From Chloroflexota bacterium (GTDB lineage Bacteria; Chloroflexota; Dehalococcoidia; Lucifugimonadales; JACPCL1): a DNA stretch of 64,000 nucleotides. Where the stretch lies: the NCBI GenBank assembly GCA_016179765.1, contig JACPCL010000036.1, positions 13,916-77,915 of the forward strand, written 5' to 3'. The notes beneath the pieces are model-generated. The model did not search any database. It was given only the letters and a program-made list of their open reading frames with translations, and was not told the origin of the DNA. Below, one piece after another: positions 1 through 8,138 of this stretch. Each line of letters opens with the position of its first letter. The stretch's first letter is position 1. Both the position numbers and the translations under genes were made by a program.

Positions 1-56
1 CTTGTTCCGTAGCAACGCCTGTTGCCCAGAACCTGGAATCCATCTCCCTCTTTCCG

Positions 57-332
57 TTGCATAAAGACTTCAGGGTTGGCCCATGGCGGCTCAACTCCCT
101 GCTTCTTGCTGAGGTTCATATTGCCCAAGATAGCGTGATTGCCCTCACATACCTAAACCAAACATCTGAGTATGGTTCCGGCCAGACACCGGAAGCGGCG
201 CTTTGTGACTTAGTTTCATCCCTGGGGGAATACCGTGAGGCGCTTGAGTCACGCAGAGACCGCTTGGGACTCTCGGCGATAGGTGATCTGGCCGTGCTGG
301 AGAATCTGATAGCACGTGTCACTACACAGTAG
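57..332 (+). CDS. small protein with HicB-like (UPF0150-type) antitoxin motif
   Basis: 91-codon ORF with TTG start. SEYGSGQTPEAALCDLVSSLGEYREAL resembles the G-x-T-x-EEAL core of HicB N-terminal domains. A second small ORF follows 34 nt downstream. Confidence 0.35.
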   Translation: MHKDFRVGPWRLNSLLLAEVHIAQDSVIALTYLNQTSEYGSGQTPEAALCDLVSSLGEYREALESRRDRLGLSAIGDLAVLENLIARVTTQ

Positions 333-366
333 AAGCTCTCTTTCCGTTACTGAAAGCCAATAGGAT

Positions 367-636
367 ATGGATTACCGTGACCTCCGACGAGAATTGCTTC
401 GGAAAGCCCAGGCCGCTGAAGACCGTCACGGCGATCACGCTTTCTTTTTCATAGAAGTTGACGGGAAAGAGTATCGTGCTACCAAGATTTCCCACGGAGC
501 CAGAGGACAAATCAGCGCACCTTTGGAAGCCTTCATTGCCAGACAACTCCGTCTGACGGTTTCACAGCTCAGGGATTTCGTGGAGTGCCCTTTGACTGGC
601 GAGGCTTTCTTAGAGAATTGGCGGCGCAGCTCTTGA
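367..636 (+). CDS. small hypothetical protein, possible partner of the upstream HicB-like ORF
   Basis: 89-codon ORF with ATG start and AGGA just upstream. Family not recognised. Tight spacing suggests a two-gene module. Confidence 0.35.
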   Translation: MDYRDLRRELLRKAQAAEDRHGDHAFFFIEVDGKEYRATKISHGARGQISAPLEAFIARQLRLTVSQLRDFVECPLTGEAFLENWRRSS

Positions 637-706
637 GTCCTAGAGTTTGCCTTGAACCTATGTGGCATTCTTATCTGTCGAACCGTTCTCACAGGCCTAA
701 GCCTTT

Positions 707-736
707 TTGACACTCTCCACACTTGCATGGTATAGT
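707..736 (+). promoter_or_regulatory. sigma70-type promoter TTGACA-18-TATAGT
   Basis: TTGACA at 707-712, 18-nt spacer, TATAGT at 731-736. Confidence 0.5.
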
Positions 737-806
737 GCTAGCCGGGAGAAAGGGAGAACTGAGCCAAGCCCTGTTCCTTAACTAGTAAGCACATGTAGAC
801 AGCAAA

Positions 807-837
807 GGCCCTTCCCAAGTAGCGGAGGGCCTTTTTT
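807..837 (+). terminator. intrinsic terminator-like hairpin
   Basis: GGCCCTTCC (807-815) pairs with GGAGGGCC (824-831), followed by T6 (832-837). Confidence 0.55.
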
Positions 838-937
838 GTTTGCAAGGGCCTGCGCTCAGGCCCTGTCCACGGAATCATCACGGTATCCCTTTAGTCTGGC
901 TCTACCCCGCGCTTCCTGTAGAAAGGAGGTACAGTCC

Positions 938-2215
938 TTGGAGGGCAACGGCCTGCTCATCTTCATCTTCATCATCGCCCTGGTGTTCTCCGCCTTCTTC
1001 TCCGCATCGGAGGCGGCCTTCCTCTCCATCCAGCGTGGGAGGCTGGCCCACATGGTGCGCAGTGGCGTCAAGGGCGCTCAGAAGGTGGCCGATGTGGCGG
1101 GCCACCCGGAGAAGATGCTGCCCACGGTGCTTACGGGCAACAACCTGGTGAACACCATGGCCGCAGCCATAGGCACGGCCATCACCGTCTCGGTGGTTGG
1201 CCAGGGGAATGTTGCCCTGGTAGTCGCCACGGTGGCTGTCACCGTCATTCTGCTGGTCTTTGGAGAAATCATCCCGAAGACCATCGCGGCCCACTACTCT
1301 GAGCGGTTGGCCATCCTCTTCGTCGGCCCCTTGAAGGTGGCGGAGTCTCTCCTCTTACCGGTGGTGTGGGTGCTGGAGCACCTCAGCCGTTGGCTGGTGC
1401 GCCTGTTTGGCGTCTCCAGGGCAAGGATGGTGGCCGAGGAGGAGATCCGCGCCCTCATTGATGCCGGACGGGCGGTCGGCGTTGTGGAACCTCAGGAGGC
1501 TCAGATGCTAGAACGGGTCTTTGAGTTCGGCGACCGGGAGGTGAGGGAGGTGATGACCCCCCGCACGGAGATTGTGTCTCTGGAAAAGGGGGCCACCCTT
1601 GAAGAGTTCTTCAAAGTCTACACCCAGCACTCCCACACTCGCTTCCCCGTGTACGAAGGCAACCTGGACAACGTCCTGGGAACCCTCTCGTCCAAGGAGG
1701 TGTTGAACGCTCTGGCCCTGGGCAAGCTCGGCCCCAAAGAGGATGTGACCCAACTCCTGCACTCCGCCTACTTTGTGCCAGAGACCAAAAAGGTGGGAGA
1801 ACTCTTTCGCGAGCTGCGCGGCGCCGGCTACCAGCTTGTGATGGTGGCCGATGAGTTCGGCGGCGTGGCAGGCCTGGCCACTCTCAAGGAGATGGTGGAA
1901 GAGGTGGTGGGTCGCGTTGGGGAGGAGGGGGTGAAAGCTGAGGAGGAGTTCAAGGCCCTGGGGGAGAACACCTACCAGGTGGAGGGCGGCATGCGCGTGG
2001 CGGAGGCCAACGAGTACCTGGGCGTGGGCATCCCTCACGGCGAGTACGAGACCGTGGCTGGCTTCCTCCTGGCCCACATGGGACGCATCCCCAAGGAGGG
2101 GGACGATCTGTATTTCAACGGCTTCCACCTGGAGGTGGCGGAGATGAAGGGTGTGAAAATAGAGCAGGTGAAGATTACCAAGGTGACCAGCGCCGCCGAG
2201 GGCGCCGAGGCGTGA
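938..2215 (+). CDS. CNNM/HlyC/CorC-family transporter (DUF21-CBS pair-CorC_HlyC)
   Basis: Track ORF is 836..2215. Start moved to TTG 938, 8 nt after GGAGG (925-929). Has an N-terminal multi-TM DUF21 region, a CBS pair (REVMTPRTEIV, VADEFGGVAGLATLKEMVEEVVG) and a C-terminal CorC_HlyC-type domain. Confidence 0.9.
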   Translation: MEGNGLLIFIFIIALVFSAFFSASEAAFLSIQRGRLAHMVRSGVKGAQKVADVAGHPEKMLPTVLTGNNLVNTMAAAIGTAITVSVVGQGNVALVVATVAVTVILLVFGEIIPKTIAAHYSERLAILFVGPLKVAESLLLPVVWVLEHLSRWLVRLFGVSRARMVAEEEIRALIDAGRAVGVVEPQEAQMLERVFEFGDREVREVMTPRTEIVSLEKGATLEEFFKVYTQHSHTRFPVYEGNLDNVLGTLSSKEVLNALALGKLGPKEDVTQLLHSAYFVPETKKVGELFRELRGAGYQLVMVADEFGGVAGLATLKEMVEEVVGRVGEEGVKAEEEFKALGENTYQVEGGMRVAEANEYLGVGIPHGEYETVAGFLLAHMGRIPKEGDDLYFNGFHLEVAEMKGVKIEQVKITKVTSAAEGAEA

Positions 2216-2844
2216 AGCTGTACCTGGTGCGCCACGGGGAGACCCTGCTCAACCGCGACCACCTGGTGCAGGGCCAGGGGGACCAGAGCCTCACCGAACT
2301 GGGCGTGCGCCAAGCCAAGGCCGCCGCCCAGGCCCTTACCCAGGAGGGCCTCTGCGCCCTGTACACCAGCCCCCTGCGGCGAGCGTTGGAGACCTCCACG
2401 CTCATCGCCGCGGAGGTGGGGCTGCGCGCCCAGGTCGCGCCGGGGCTGGAGGAGCTGGACACCGGCGAGATGGACGGCCTCACCCCCCAGGAGATGCGCT
2501 CCCGCTACCCGGAGTTCATGGCCCAGTGGAGCAAAGACGCCGGCATAGCCCACCTTCCAGGGGGCGAGTCCCTGACCCAGGTCCAGGAACGGGCCTGGGA
2601 GGCGATAGAGGCCATAGCCAAGCAGCACCCCGAGGGGGTTGTGGCAGCCGTCTCCCACAACTTCACCATCTGCACCCTGGTGTGCAAAGCCCTGGACCTG
2701 CCCATTGCCGGCTTCCGCCGCTTCCGGGTAGACCTGGGATCCATCTCCGCCCTGGAGGTCACGCCGGAGCGCCCCCGCCTGGTACTGCTGAACAGCACCT
2801 TCCATCTGGCAAGTGTAAGAGCTTCTCAGGAGGCGCGGGAGTAA
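2212..2844 (+). CDS. histidine phosphatase family protein (phosphoglycerate mutase-like)
   Basis: RHGET motif (LVRHGETLLN) and a later SHN histidine. GTG start overlaps the upstream stop (GTGA). Confidence 0.85.
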   Translation: MKLYLVRHGETLLNRDHLVQGQGDQSLTELGVRQAKAAAQALTQEGLCALYTSPLRRALETSTLIAAEVGLRAQVAPGLEELDTGEMDGLTPQEMRSRYPEFMAQWSKDAGIAHLPGGESLTQVQERAWEAIEAIAKQHPEGVVAAVSHNFTICTLVCKALDLPIAGFRRFRVDLGSISALEVTPERPRLVLLNSTFHLASVRASQEARE

Positions 2845-2883
2845 GGCGGGACATCCGCGTTGGTCATTACCACGAAAATAGCT

Positions 2884-2970
2884 TCCTTCCCCCTTGCGGG
2901 GGAGGATTGAGGTGGGGGGTCGCCTTGATTCACCCCCATCCTCACCTTCCCCCGTCAAGGGGGAAGGAAC
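2884..2970. repeat. Rep-A palindromic repeat (two-arm copy)
   Basis: Arm 1 is CCCCCTTGCGGGGGAGGATTGAGGTGGGG and arm 2 is CACCCCCATCCTCACCTTCCCCCGTCAAGGGGGAAGG. The arms are imperfect inverted copies and each holds its own hairpin. Bases 2927-2970 match 61995-62038 at 43 of 44 positions. Confidence 0.8.
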
Positions 2971-3022
2971 TGGGAACCAGCCACGGAATTACACAATCCT
3001 TCATAACTCGGACAGCAAATCC

Positions 3023-4450
3023 ATGTCCTCCCTCCTCACCTGTGTAGAGCGTGCCCTGGCCCAGGCGGGCCTCTTTGACCCGCCCGACCAGACCATCGTC
3101 GCCGCCGTGTCGGGCGGGCCGGACTCCCTGGCCCTGCTTCACCTGCTCCATGCCCTCTCTAAGCAGCACCCCTTGCGTCTGCACGCGGCGCACCTGGACC
3201 ACGGCCTGCGGAGCGCCGAGGGGGCCGCCGATGCCGCCTTTGTAGAGGAGATCTGCCGCCGCATGGGCGTGCCCTTCCATACCGAAACGGCGGATGTCCT
3301 GGGCCTGCGCGTCAGCCTTCGCATCTCCCTGGAGGCCGCCGCCAGGGAGGCGCGCTACGCCTTCCTGGCGCGAGTGGCCAGCCAGACCGGAGCCTCCGCT
3401 GTGGCCACCGGCCACACCCAGGACGACCAGGCGGAGACGGTGCTGCTCCACCTCCTGCGGGGCGCTGGCCTGCGGGGGTTGCGGGGGATGCTTCCCCTCT
3501 CCCGCTGGCGCAGCCGGGATGGAACCCAGCAGGCGACGGTGGTGCGCCCCCTCCTTGAGGTGACGCGTCAGGAGACCGAGGCCTTTTGCCAGGAGCTGGG
3601 CCTGGCCCCCAGGCGCGATGCCTCCAACGCCGAGGAGCGGTTCGTGCGCAACCGCCTGCGCCTGACGGTCCTCCCCCAATTGCAGCAGCTCAACCCCAGC
3701 GCGCGGGAGGCCCTGACCCGCCTGGCAGCCTCCGCCTCCCGCGACCTGGCATACCTTTACGAGCAGGTGGACGGCGTCTGGCACGCTCTTGTTGCCCCTG
3801 AGGGCAATGGCCTGCGCATTGGGCGCATCCCCTTCCTGGGCCTGCACCCCTCTCTGCAAGCCCACCTCCTCTACCGGGCCTACGCTGAGCTGGCCGGCGA
3901 GGCGGCGGAACTAACCTTTGGCCAAATAGAGGCCATGATGCGGGTGGCCGCCCAGGGGGCGGGGCGGGAGGTGACCCTGGGCCACGGCCTGCGCCTCTTC
4001 ACCACCTATCAGAAGCTGCTGCTTACCCGCCAGCCGCTGGCCTCGCCCTGGCCTGCCGTACCTCAGACGCCCCTGCCTGCCTCTGGGGAGGCCTGCATCC
4101 AGGGCTGGCAGGTGCTGGTACAGCCCATCAGCCCGGAGGAGGTAGACGAGAGACTCCTGGGCCTTGATCCCTACCACGCCTATCTGGATGCCGACGCCAT
4201 CGGCGCAAAGGTATGGCTCAAGACACGACAGGCGGGCGACCGCTTTCAGGCCCTTGGCATGAAAGCGGATAAGAGGCTGAAGGAGTTCATGATAGATGCC
4301 CGCATTCCCCGGCAAGAGCGGGCCGGCGTACCCCTGGTGGCCTGCGAAAGGGGCATCGCCTGGGTCGTGGGTTGGCGCATCGCCCACTGGGCCCGGGTGA
4401 CGCCGGAGACGCGGCGCGTCCTGGCGGTGACGCTGGCGCGGGAAAAGTAA
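3023..4450 (+). CDS. tilS: tRNA(Ile)-lysidine synthase
   Basis: PP-loop AVSGGPDSLALLHLL, HLDHGLR, and a TilS C-terminal domain (RFQALGMKADKRLKEFMIDARIP). ATG 3023 chosen because 2894-3022 of the track ORF is repeat-encoded. Confidence 0.85.
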   Translation: MSSLLTCVERALAQAGLFDPPDQTIVAAVSGGPDSLALLHLLHALSKQHPLRLHAAHLDHGLRSAEGAADAAFVEEICRRMGVPFHTETADVLGLRVSLRISLEAAAREARYAFLARVASQTGASAVATGHTQDDQAETVLLHLLRGAGLRGLRGMLPLSRWRSRDGTQQATVVRPLLEVTRQETEAFCQELGLAPRRDASNAEERFVRNRLRLTVLPQLQQLNPSAREALTRLAASASRDLAYLYEQVDGVWHALVAPEGNGLRIGRIPFLGLHPSLQAHLLYRAYAELAGEAAELTFGQIEAMMRVAAQGAGREVTLGHGLRLFTTYQKLLLTRQPLASPWPAVPQTPLPASGEACIQGWQVLVQPISPEEVDERLLGLDPYHAYLDADAIGAKVWLKTRQAGDRFQALGMKADKRLKEFMIDARIPRQERAGVPLVACERGIAWVVGWRIAHWARVTPETRRVLAVTLAREK

Positions 4451-4489
4451 TGATGGGTGCTGCGGCTTTGCCGCAGCACCCATCATTAC
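4447..4489. terminator. bidirectional terminator hairpin between convergent genes
   Basis: Near-perfect ~20-bp stem (one mismatch next to the loop): GTAATGATGGGTGCTGCGGC-tt-TGCCGCAGCACCCATCATTAC. It includes the tilS stop codon. Confidence 0.7.
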
Positions 4490-4499
4490 AGAATCCAGG

Positions 4500-5426
4500 T
4501 CATCCCCCCAGCAGGTTGGTCACCAACAGGTCCTGATGCTCCAACAGGGGGACTGAGAGGGAGAAGGGCGTCCCATCGGCTCCTGTCCCCTCCACCGTCG
4601 CCTCCACGCGCAGGGAGAAGGTGGTGCGCTCTGCGGCGTTCACGTGGGACGGCCACCACTCCAGCAGGCGGCTGTTGTCCATGACGGCCCGGAAGGGCAC
4701 CGTTACATCTTTTCCCGGCGGCAGGGGAATGGCCTCGGTGGAGTCGGTCTGGGCCATCACCACGGTGTTCATGCGCGCCAGGACGCCGGTGCGGGCCACG
4801 GTGATGGTGGTGGCGCCGGTGTTGCGAACCACCAGGGAGCCGAGCACCTCGGTGGTGTCCTCCTTGACCTGCCCCCACTGAAGCCGGCGGGACTTGATGA
4901 GCAGGCTGAAGGGCCCCTGGGAGAGCACCTGGGGATCGGTAGAGTTGGCCTTGCCCAACAGGTCCGTTTCCACGGTGCGGGAGAGGTCCGGCGGGCTGAA
5001 GGAGAAGTTGCGGACCAGGTGCAGGATCCCCCGCGCCTGGATGCGCACCGTGGTGAACTCCTGGTTTTCCAGGTGGGAGGCCCACCACCGGGGCAAAAGG
5101 TTATTGTCCATGTGCGTCTCTACCCTGCTGGTGGATGCGCCGCTGGGGATGTGCACCTCCGCCAGGGAGCCTCGGCCCATGAGCACATCGTTCAGGTAGA
5201 TGTCCGCCTGAAAGCTGATACGGCTGGTGTTGATGTCAAAAACGTTGGGGTTCTCCATCTGTACCAGGGTCACCACCTGGGTAGACTCCCTGTTCACCTG
5301 GCCCCAGCTATGCTTGGCCGCTACCAGCTTTGGAGGTTTAGCGACGCCGAAGGCCACCGCCAGGACCGCCAGGAACACCATGACCAGGAAGAGGGCGAGC
5401 AGGGCCAGAAGCAACTTGCCAATCAA
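4500..5426 (-). CDS. membrane-anchored protein with two LEA_2/WHy-like domains
   Basis: N-terminal TM helix (LLLALLALFLVMVFLAVLAVAF). Two segments fit the LEA_2 pattern (ENPNVFDINTSRISFQADIYLNDVLMGRGS...IPSGAS and VVRNTGATTITV...IPLPPGKDVTVPF). Confidence 0.5.
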   Translation of the reverse strand: MIGKLLLALLALFLVMVFLAVLAVAFGVAKPPKLVAAKHSWGQVNRESTQVVTLVQMENPNVFDINTSRISFQADIYLNDVLMGRGSLAEVHIPSGASTSRVETHMDNNLLPRWWASHLENQEFTTVRIQARGILHLVRNFSFSPPDLSRTVETDLLGKANSTDPQVLSQGPFSLLIKSRRLQWGQVKEDTTEVLGSLVVRNTGATTITVARTGVLARMNTVVMAQTDSTEAIPLPPGKDVTVPFRAVMDNSRLLEWWPSHVNAAERTTFSLRVEATVEGTGADGTPFSLSVPLLEHQDLLVTNLLGG

Positions 5427-5588
5427 GGTTATCCTTCTCTCTTCTCTCTGCTAGGGCGCTGCCTTTTGGAGCGCTGTTCCATGCTGATGAGCGGGCAGCG
5501 CCTATTATGGCACATTCACTCTTGCGAGCGTTGCGCTATCCATGGCATTTCCAGAGCACTATGTGACGCAGAAAACGCATCAAGCATC

Positions 5589-5617
5589 TTGACACCTCCG
5601 CAAATGCCAGCTAGAAT
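5589..5617 (+). promoter_or_regulatory. consensus-like sigma70 promoter TTGACA-17-TAGAAT
   Basis: TTGACA at 5589-5594, 17-nt spacer, TAGAAT at 5612-5617. Three CGCAAAA repeats follow at 18-nt spacing (5621, 5639, 5657). Confidence 0.6.
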
Positions 5618-5644
5618 ATGCGCAAAACACGCATGGAGCGCAAA

Positions 5645-5899
5645 ATGAGCAATAGACGCAAAATGGCCCCAAGTCCAACCGCTGCCAAATCCTGGCTCCT
5701 CAAAGAGGCGACAGCTAGGGCTAAGGCCGTTGTGAGGAACCCGAAGGTGTGGCAATCACTGGTGAGGGTGCTAGCCGCCGTATTAGTGCTGTTGGCACGA
5801 ATGCCGAGTGGCCCTATAACAGCCCTAGCCTCATTGCTGGTGGCGGTAGCCAGTGTTTGGGCTTCTCCCCAAAAGCAACCTGTCGGAGAGGGGGTCTAG
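5645..5899 (+). CDS. small hydrophobic hypothetical protein
   Basis: Track ORF is 5618..5899. ATG 5618 directly abuts the -10 box, so ATG 5645 (GGAG 5 nt upstream) is preferred. Hydrophobic stretch LVRVLAAVLVLLA...LASLLVAVASVWA. Confidence 0.4.
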   Translation: MSNRRKMAPSPTAAKSWLLKEATARAKAVVRNPKVWQSLVRVLAAVLVLLARMPSGPITALASLLVAVASVWASPQKQPVGEGV

Positions 5900-5900
5900 A

Positions 5901-6353
5901 ATGCGCATAGGCAAGACAGACTTTGACATCGGCAACATGGGCCGCGTCCACCAGGCGGTCATGGACGCCGTGCCTGAAGAAGATGCAGTTGACGAAGCCG
6001 AACTGCGGGCGGTCTACGATGGGGTGGAAGAGCCGAACAAGCCCGCCTTTGAGACGGTGCTAGGTCACATCTCCTACTTGCTGGCGAAGCGCCAAATAGG
6101 GGGCGTCACCTTCTACCGGCGCAAGACCTGGCTCTCCAGTGCTGACGTCGCTCGCATGATGGACGTGTCCATACGTACGGCCCAAGACTGGGGCAAGAAA
6201 GGCCAGCAGGGTGCACAGCGGGTGGGAGGCAGGCTTCGCTTCGCCGCCGAGTCGGTGATGCGCAGGGATAAGCGCCCCCCTCACCCTCAGACCCCTGGCC
6301 CAGCGGCCCAGGTGTGGGACAACGACAAGGACAAGCAGTATGACAGCCTATAA
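5901..6353 (+). CDS. helix-turn-helix DNA-binding protein, probable antitoxin partner of MazF
   Basis: ATG 5901 preceded by GGAGAGGGGG. Excisionase/MerR-like HTH segment SSADVARMMDVSIRTAQDWGKKG...RLRF. 14-nt overlap with the MazF gene. Confidence 0.55.
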   Translation: MRIGKTDFDIGNMGRVHQAVMDAVPEEDAVDEAELRAVYDGVEEPNKPAFETVLGHISYLLAKRQIGGVTFYRRKTWLSSADVARMMDVSIRTAQDWGKKGQQGAQRVGGRLRFAAESVMRRDKRPPHPQTPGPAAQVWDNDKDKQYDSL

Positions 6354-6678
6354 GCGTGGAGACGTTGTCCTGCTGCGCTACACCTCCCCAGACGGGGCGG
6401 AGAACGGCCTGCGCCCCGCAGTGGTAGTTAGCTCAGAGACGTACCACCTGGGTAGGGGGCAGGTGGTCCTGGCTGCCGCCACCAGCAACCTGCGTGCTCC
6501 CCAGCCTGGAGATACCGCCGTGCAACACTGGGAGATGGCGGGCCTCAAAGGTCCCACCCTGGTCACCGGCGTCCTGCTGACGGCGCCTGCGGAAGGTGTG
6601 GCCAAGCGTTTGGGGACCTTGTCTCCGGAAGACCTGCGCGGCGTAGAGGCCAGCCTGCGGTTGAGCTTGGGGATGTAG
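6340..6678 (+). CDS. PemK/MazF-family toxin
   Basis: KRGDVVLLRYTSPDG...RPAVVVSSETYH...VVLAAATSN matches the MazF/PemK N-terminal signature. Confidence 0.75.
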   Translation: MTAYKRGDVVLLRYTSPDGAENGLRPAVVVSSETYHLGRGQVVLAAATSNLRAPQPGDTAVQHWEMAGLKGPTLVTGVLLTAPAEGVAKRLGTLSPEDLRGVEASLRLSLGM

Positions 6679-6707
6679 CCAGTCGTTCACCGAACCAAGG
6701 AGGAGCC

Positions 6708-6842
6708 ATGTTACCGAAAGAAGAACTTTCCAGGGTGCTGGAATTACCCATTAAGATGTTTCAATGGGCTTGTGAAGACCCTGAAAACGTGGCGGAGCTT
6801 TCGCGGTTTGCGAAGGAGCTTGTAAAAGCCCTTCAAGGCTGA
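6708..6842 (+). CDS. 44-aa hypothetical ORF (below ORF-track cutoff)
   Basis: ATG 6708 preceded by AAGGAGGAG. Translation: MLPKEELSRVLELPIKMFQWACEDPENVAELSRFAKELVKALQG. Confidence 0.3.
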   Translation: MLPKEELSRVLELPIKMFQWACEDPENVAELSRFAKELVKALQG

Positions 6843-7055
6843 AACTGGCAGGGGAACGATTCAATCACCTCCCTTAACGTTTAACGTTGACTTGGACAGC
6901 GTTCCAGCCCGCTTGAAGGCCACCTGGCAGCACCGCATTTCCCTCCCCGGGGCTGTCTAACCCACTACCATCCGCTAGCCTCTCCTTCCCTGCTCCTGTA
7001 TAATCGCACCAGCATCGCAGCGACCCTATGAGCTGCCTTCGCTAAAGGAGGGAAC

Positions 7056-8000
7056 ATGGCCGATCGTTTTCAAGGAAAGGTGGCCGTCGTCTCCGGCGGC
7101 GGCAGGGGCATCGGCCGCGCCGTCGCCCTGCTCCTGGCGGAGGAGGGGGCCTCCGTAGTGGTCAATGACCTGGGGTGCGAGGTGGATGGCACCGGCTCCT
7201 CCCACGTCCCCGCCGATGAGACCGTTGCCGCTATAACTAAGCAGGGCGGCAAGGCCGTCGCCAGCTACCAGGACGTCTCCCAGATGTCCGGCGGCGAGGC
7301 CCTTGTCCAGAAGGCGGTGGATACCTATGGACACCTGGACACCCTGGTCAACAGCGTGGGCATCCGCCGCGACCGCCTGATCTGGCAGATGACGCCGGAA
7401 GACTGGGACGCCGTGATCCGAAACTCCCTCAAGTCGGTGTTCACGACGACCAAGTTCGCCTGCATCCTCTTCCGTCAGCAGCGCAGCGGACGCATCGTCA
7501 ACATCACCTCCGACGCCGGCCTGGGGGGCATCGGCATGTCTAACTTCGCCGCCGCCTCCGAGGGTATCGTGGGCATGACGCGCACCATCGCACGGGACAT
7601 GGGCCGCTACGGCGTCACGTGCAACGCCGTCTCACCCATGGCGGCCACGCGCCTCTTTCCGGGCGTCGTGGACATGTACCGCCAGGGCGGCCCCAGGCAC
7701 AACAACCCAGACCGCCGGGCTGGCCTGGGCATCCCTGCCCCTCAGGATGCTGGGGAGGCATGGAAAGGCCCCGGCACCCCCAACGACCCGGAGAACGTGG
7801 CCCCCCTGGTGGCCTACCTGTGCTCCGGTGAATCGCCCAACGCCAACGGCTACGTCTTTGGCGTCCGCGGCGGCGATGTTTACCTGTACACCAACCCGGA
7901 GGTGGAGCGCGCCGTCTACGACCAGGGCCTCTTTAGCCTGGACGCCCTGGACGACCTGGTCCCGCGCATCATCTCCTATGACATGTGGCGCTGGAGATGA
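7056..8000 (+). CDS. SDR-family oxidoreductase (long form)
   Basis: GKVAVVSGGGRGIGRAVALLLAEEGASVVVNDLG Rossmann motif, NSVG, and SNFAAASEG (YxxxK region variant). Confidence 0.9.
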   Translation: MADRFQGKVAVVSGGGRGIGRAVALLLAEEGASVVVNDLGCEVDGTGSSHVPADETVAAITKQGGKAVASYQDVSQMSGGEALVQKAVDTYGHLDTLVNSVGIRRDRLIWQMTPEDWDAVIRNSLKSVFTTTKFACILFRQQRSGRIVNITSDAGLGGIGMSNFAAASEGIVGMTRTIARDMGRYGVTCNAVSPMAATRLFPGVVDMYRQGGPRHNNPDRRAGLGIPAPQDAGEAWKGPGTPNDPENVAPLVAYLCSGESPNANGYVFGVRGGDVYLYTNPEVERAVYDQGLFSLDALDDLVPRIISYDMWRWR

Positions 8001-8019
8001 TAGAGAATGAAACCAAAAC

Positions 8020-8138
8020 CTTTAGCAGGGTGCTGAAAAGGAGTGTCCAGAGTCCCGACAGGTCGGGACTCTGGCGGGGGTCTGGGGGTGTCCCCCAGAT
8101 ACAAATCAATCCGCCGTAGGCGGATACCTTGAACCCCC
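8020..8138. repeat. Rep-B modular repeat
   Basis: Sequence: CTTTAGCAGGGTGCTGAAAAGGAGTGTCCAGAGTCCCGACAGGTCGGGACTCTGG..GGGGGTCTGGGGGTGTCCCCCAGATACAAA..TCCGCCGTAGGCGGATACCTTGAACCCCC. Confidence 0.85.

Noticed and set aside
2894-3022. N-terminal extension of tilS (MRGRIEVGGRLDSPPSSPSPVKGEG...)
   Set aside because: It is encoded by the Rep-A palindromic repeat. The conserved TilS sequence begins after ATG 3023.
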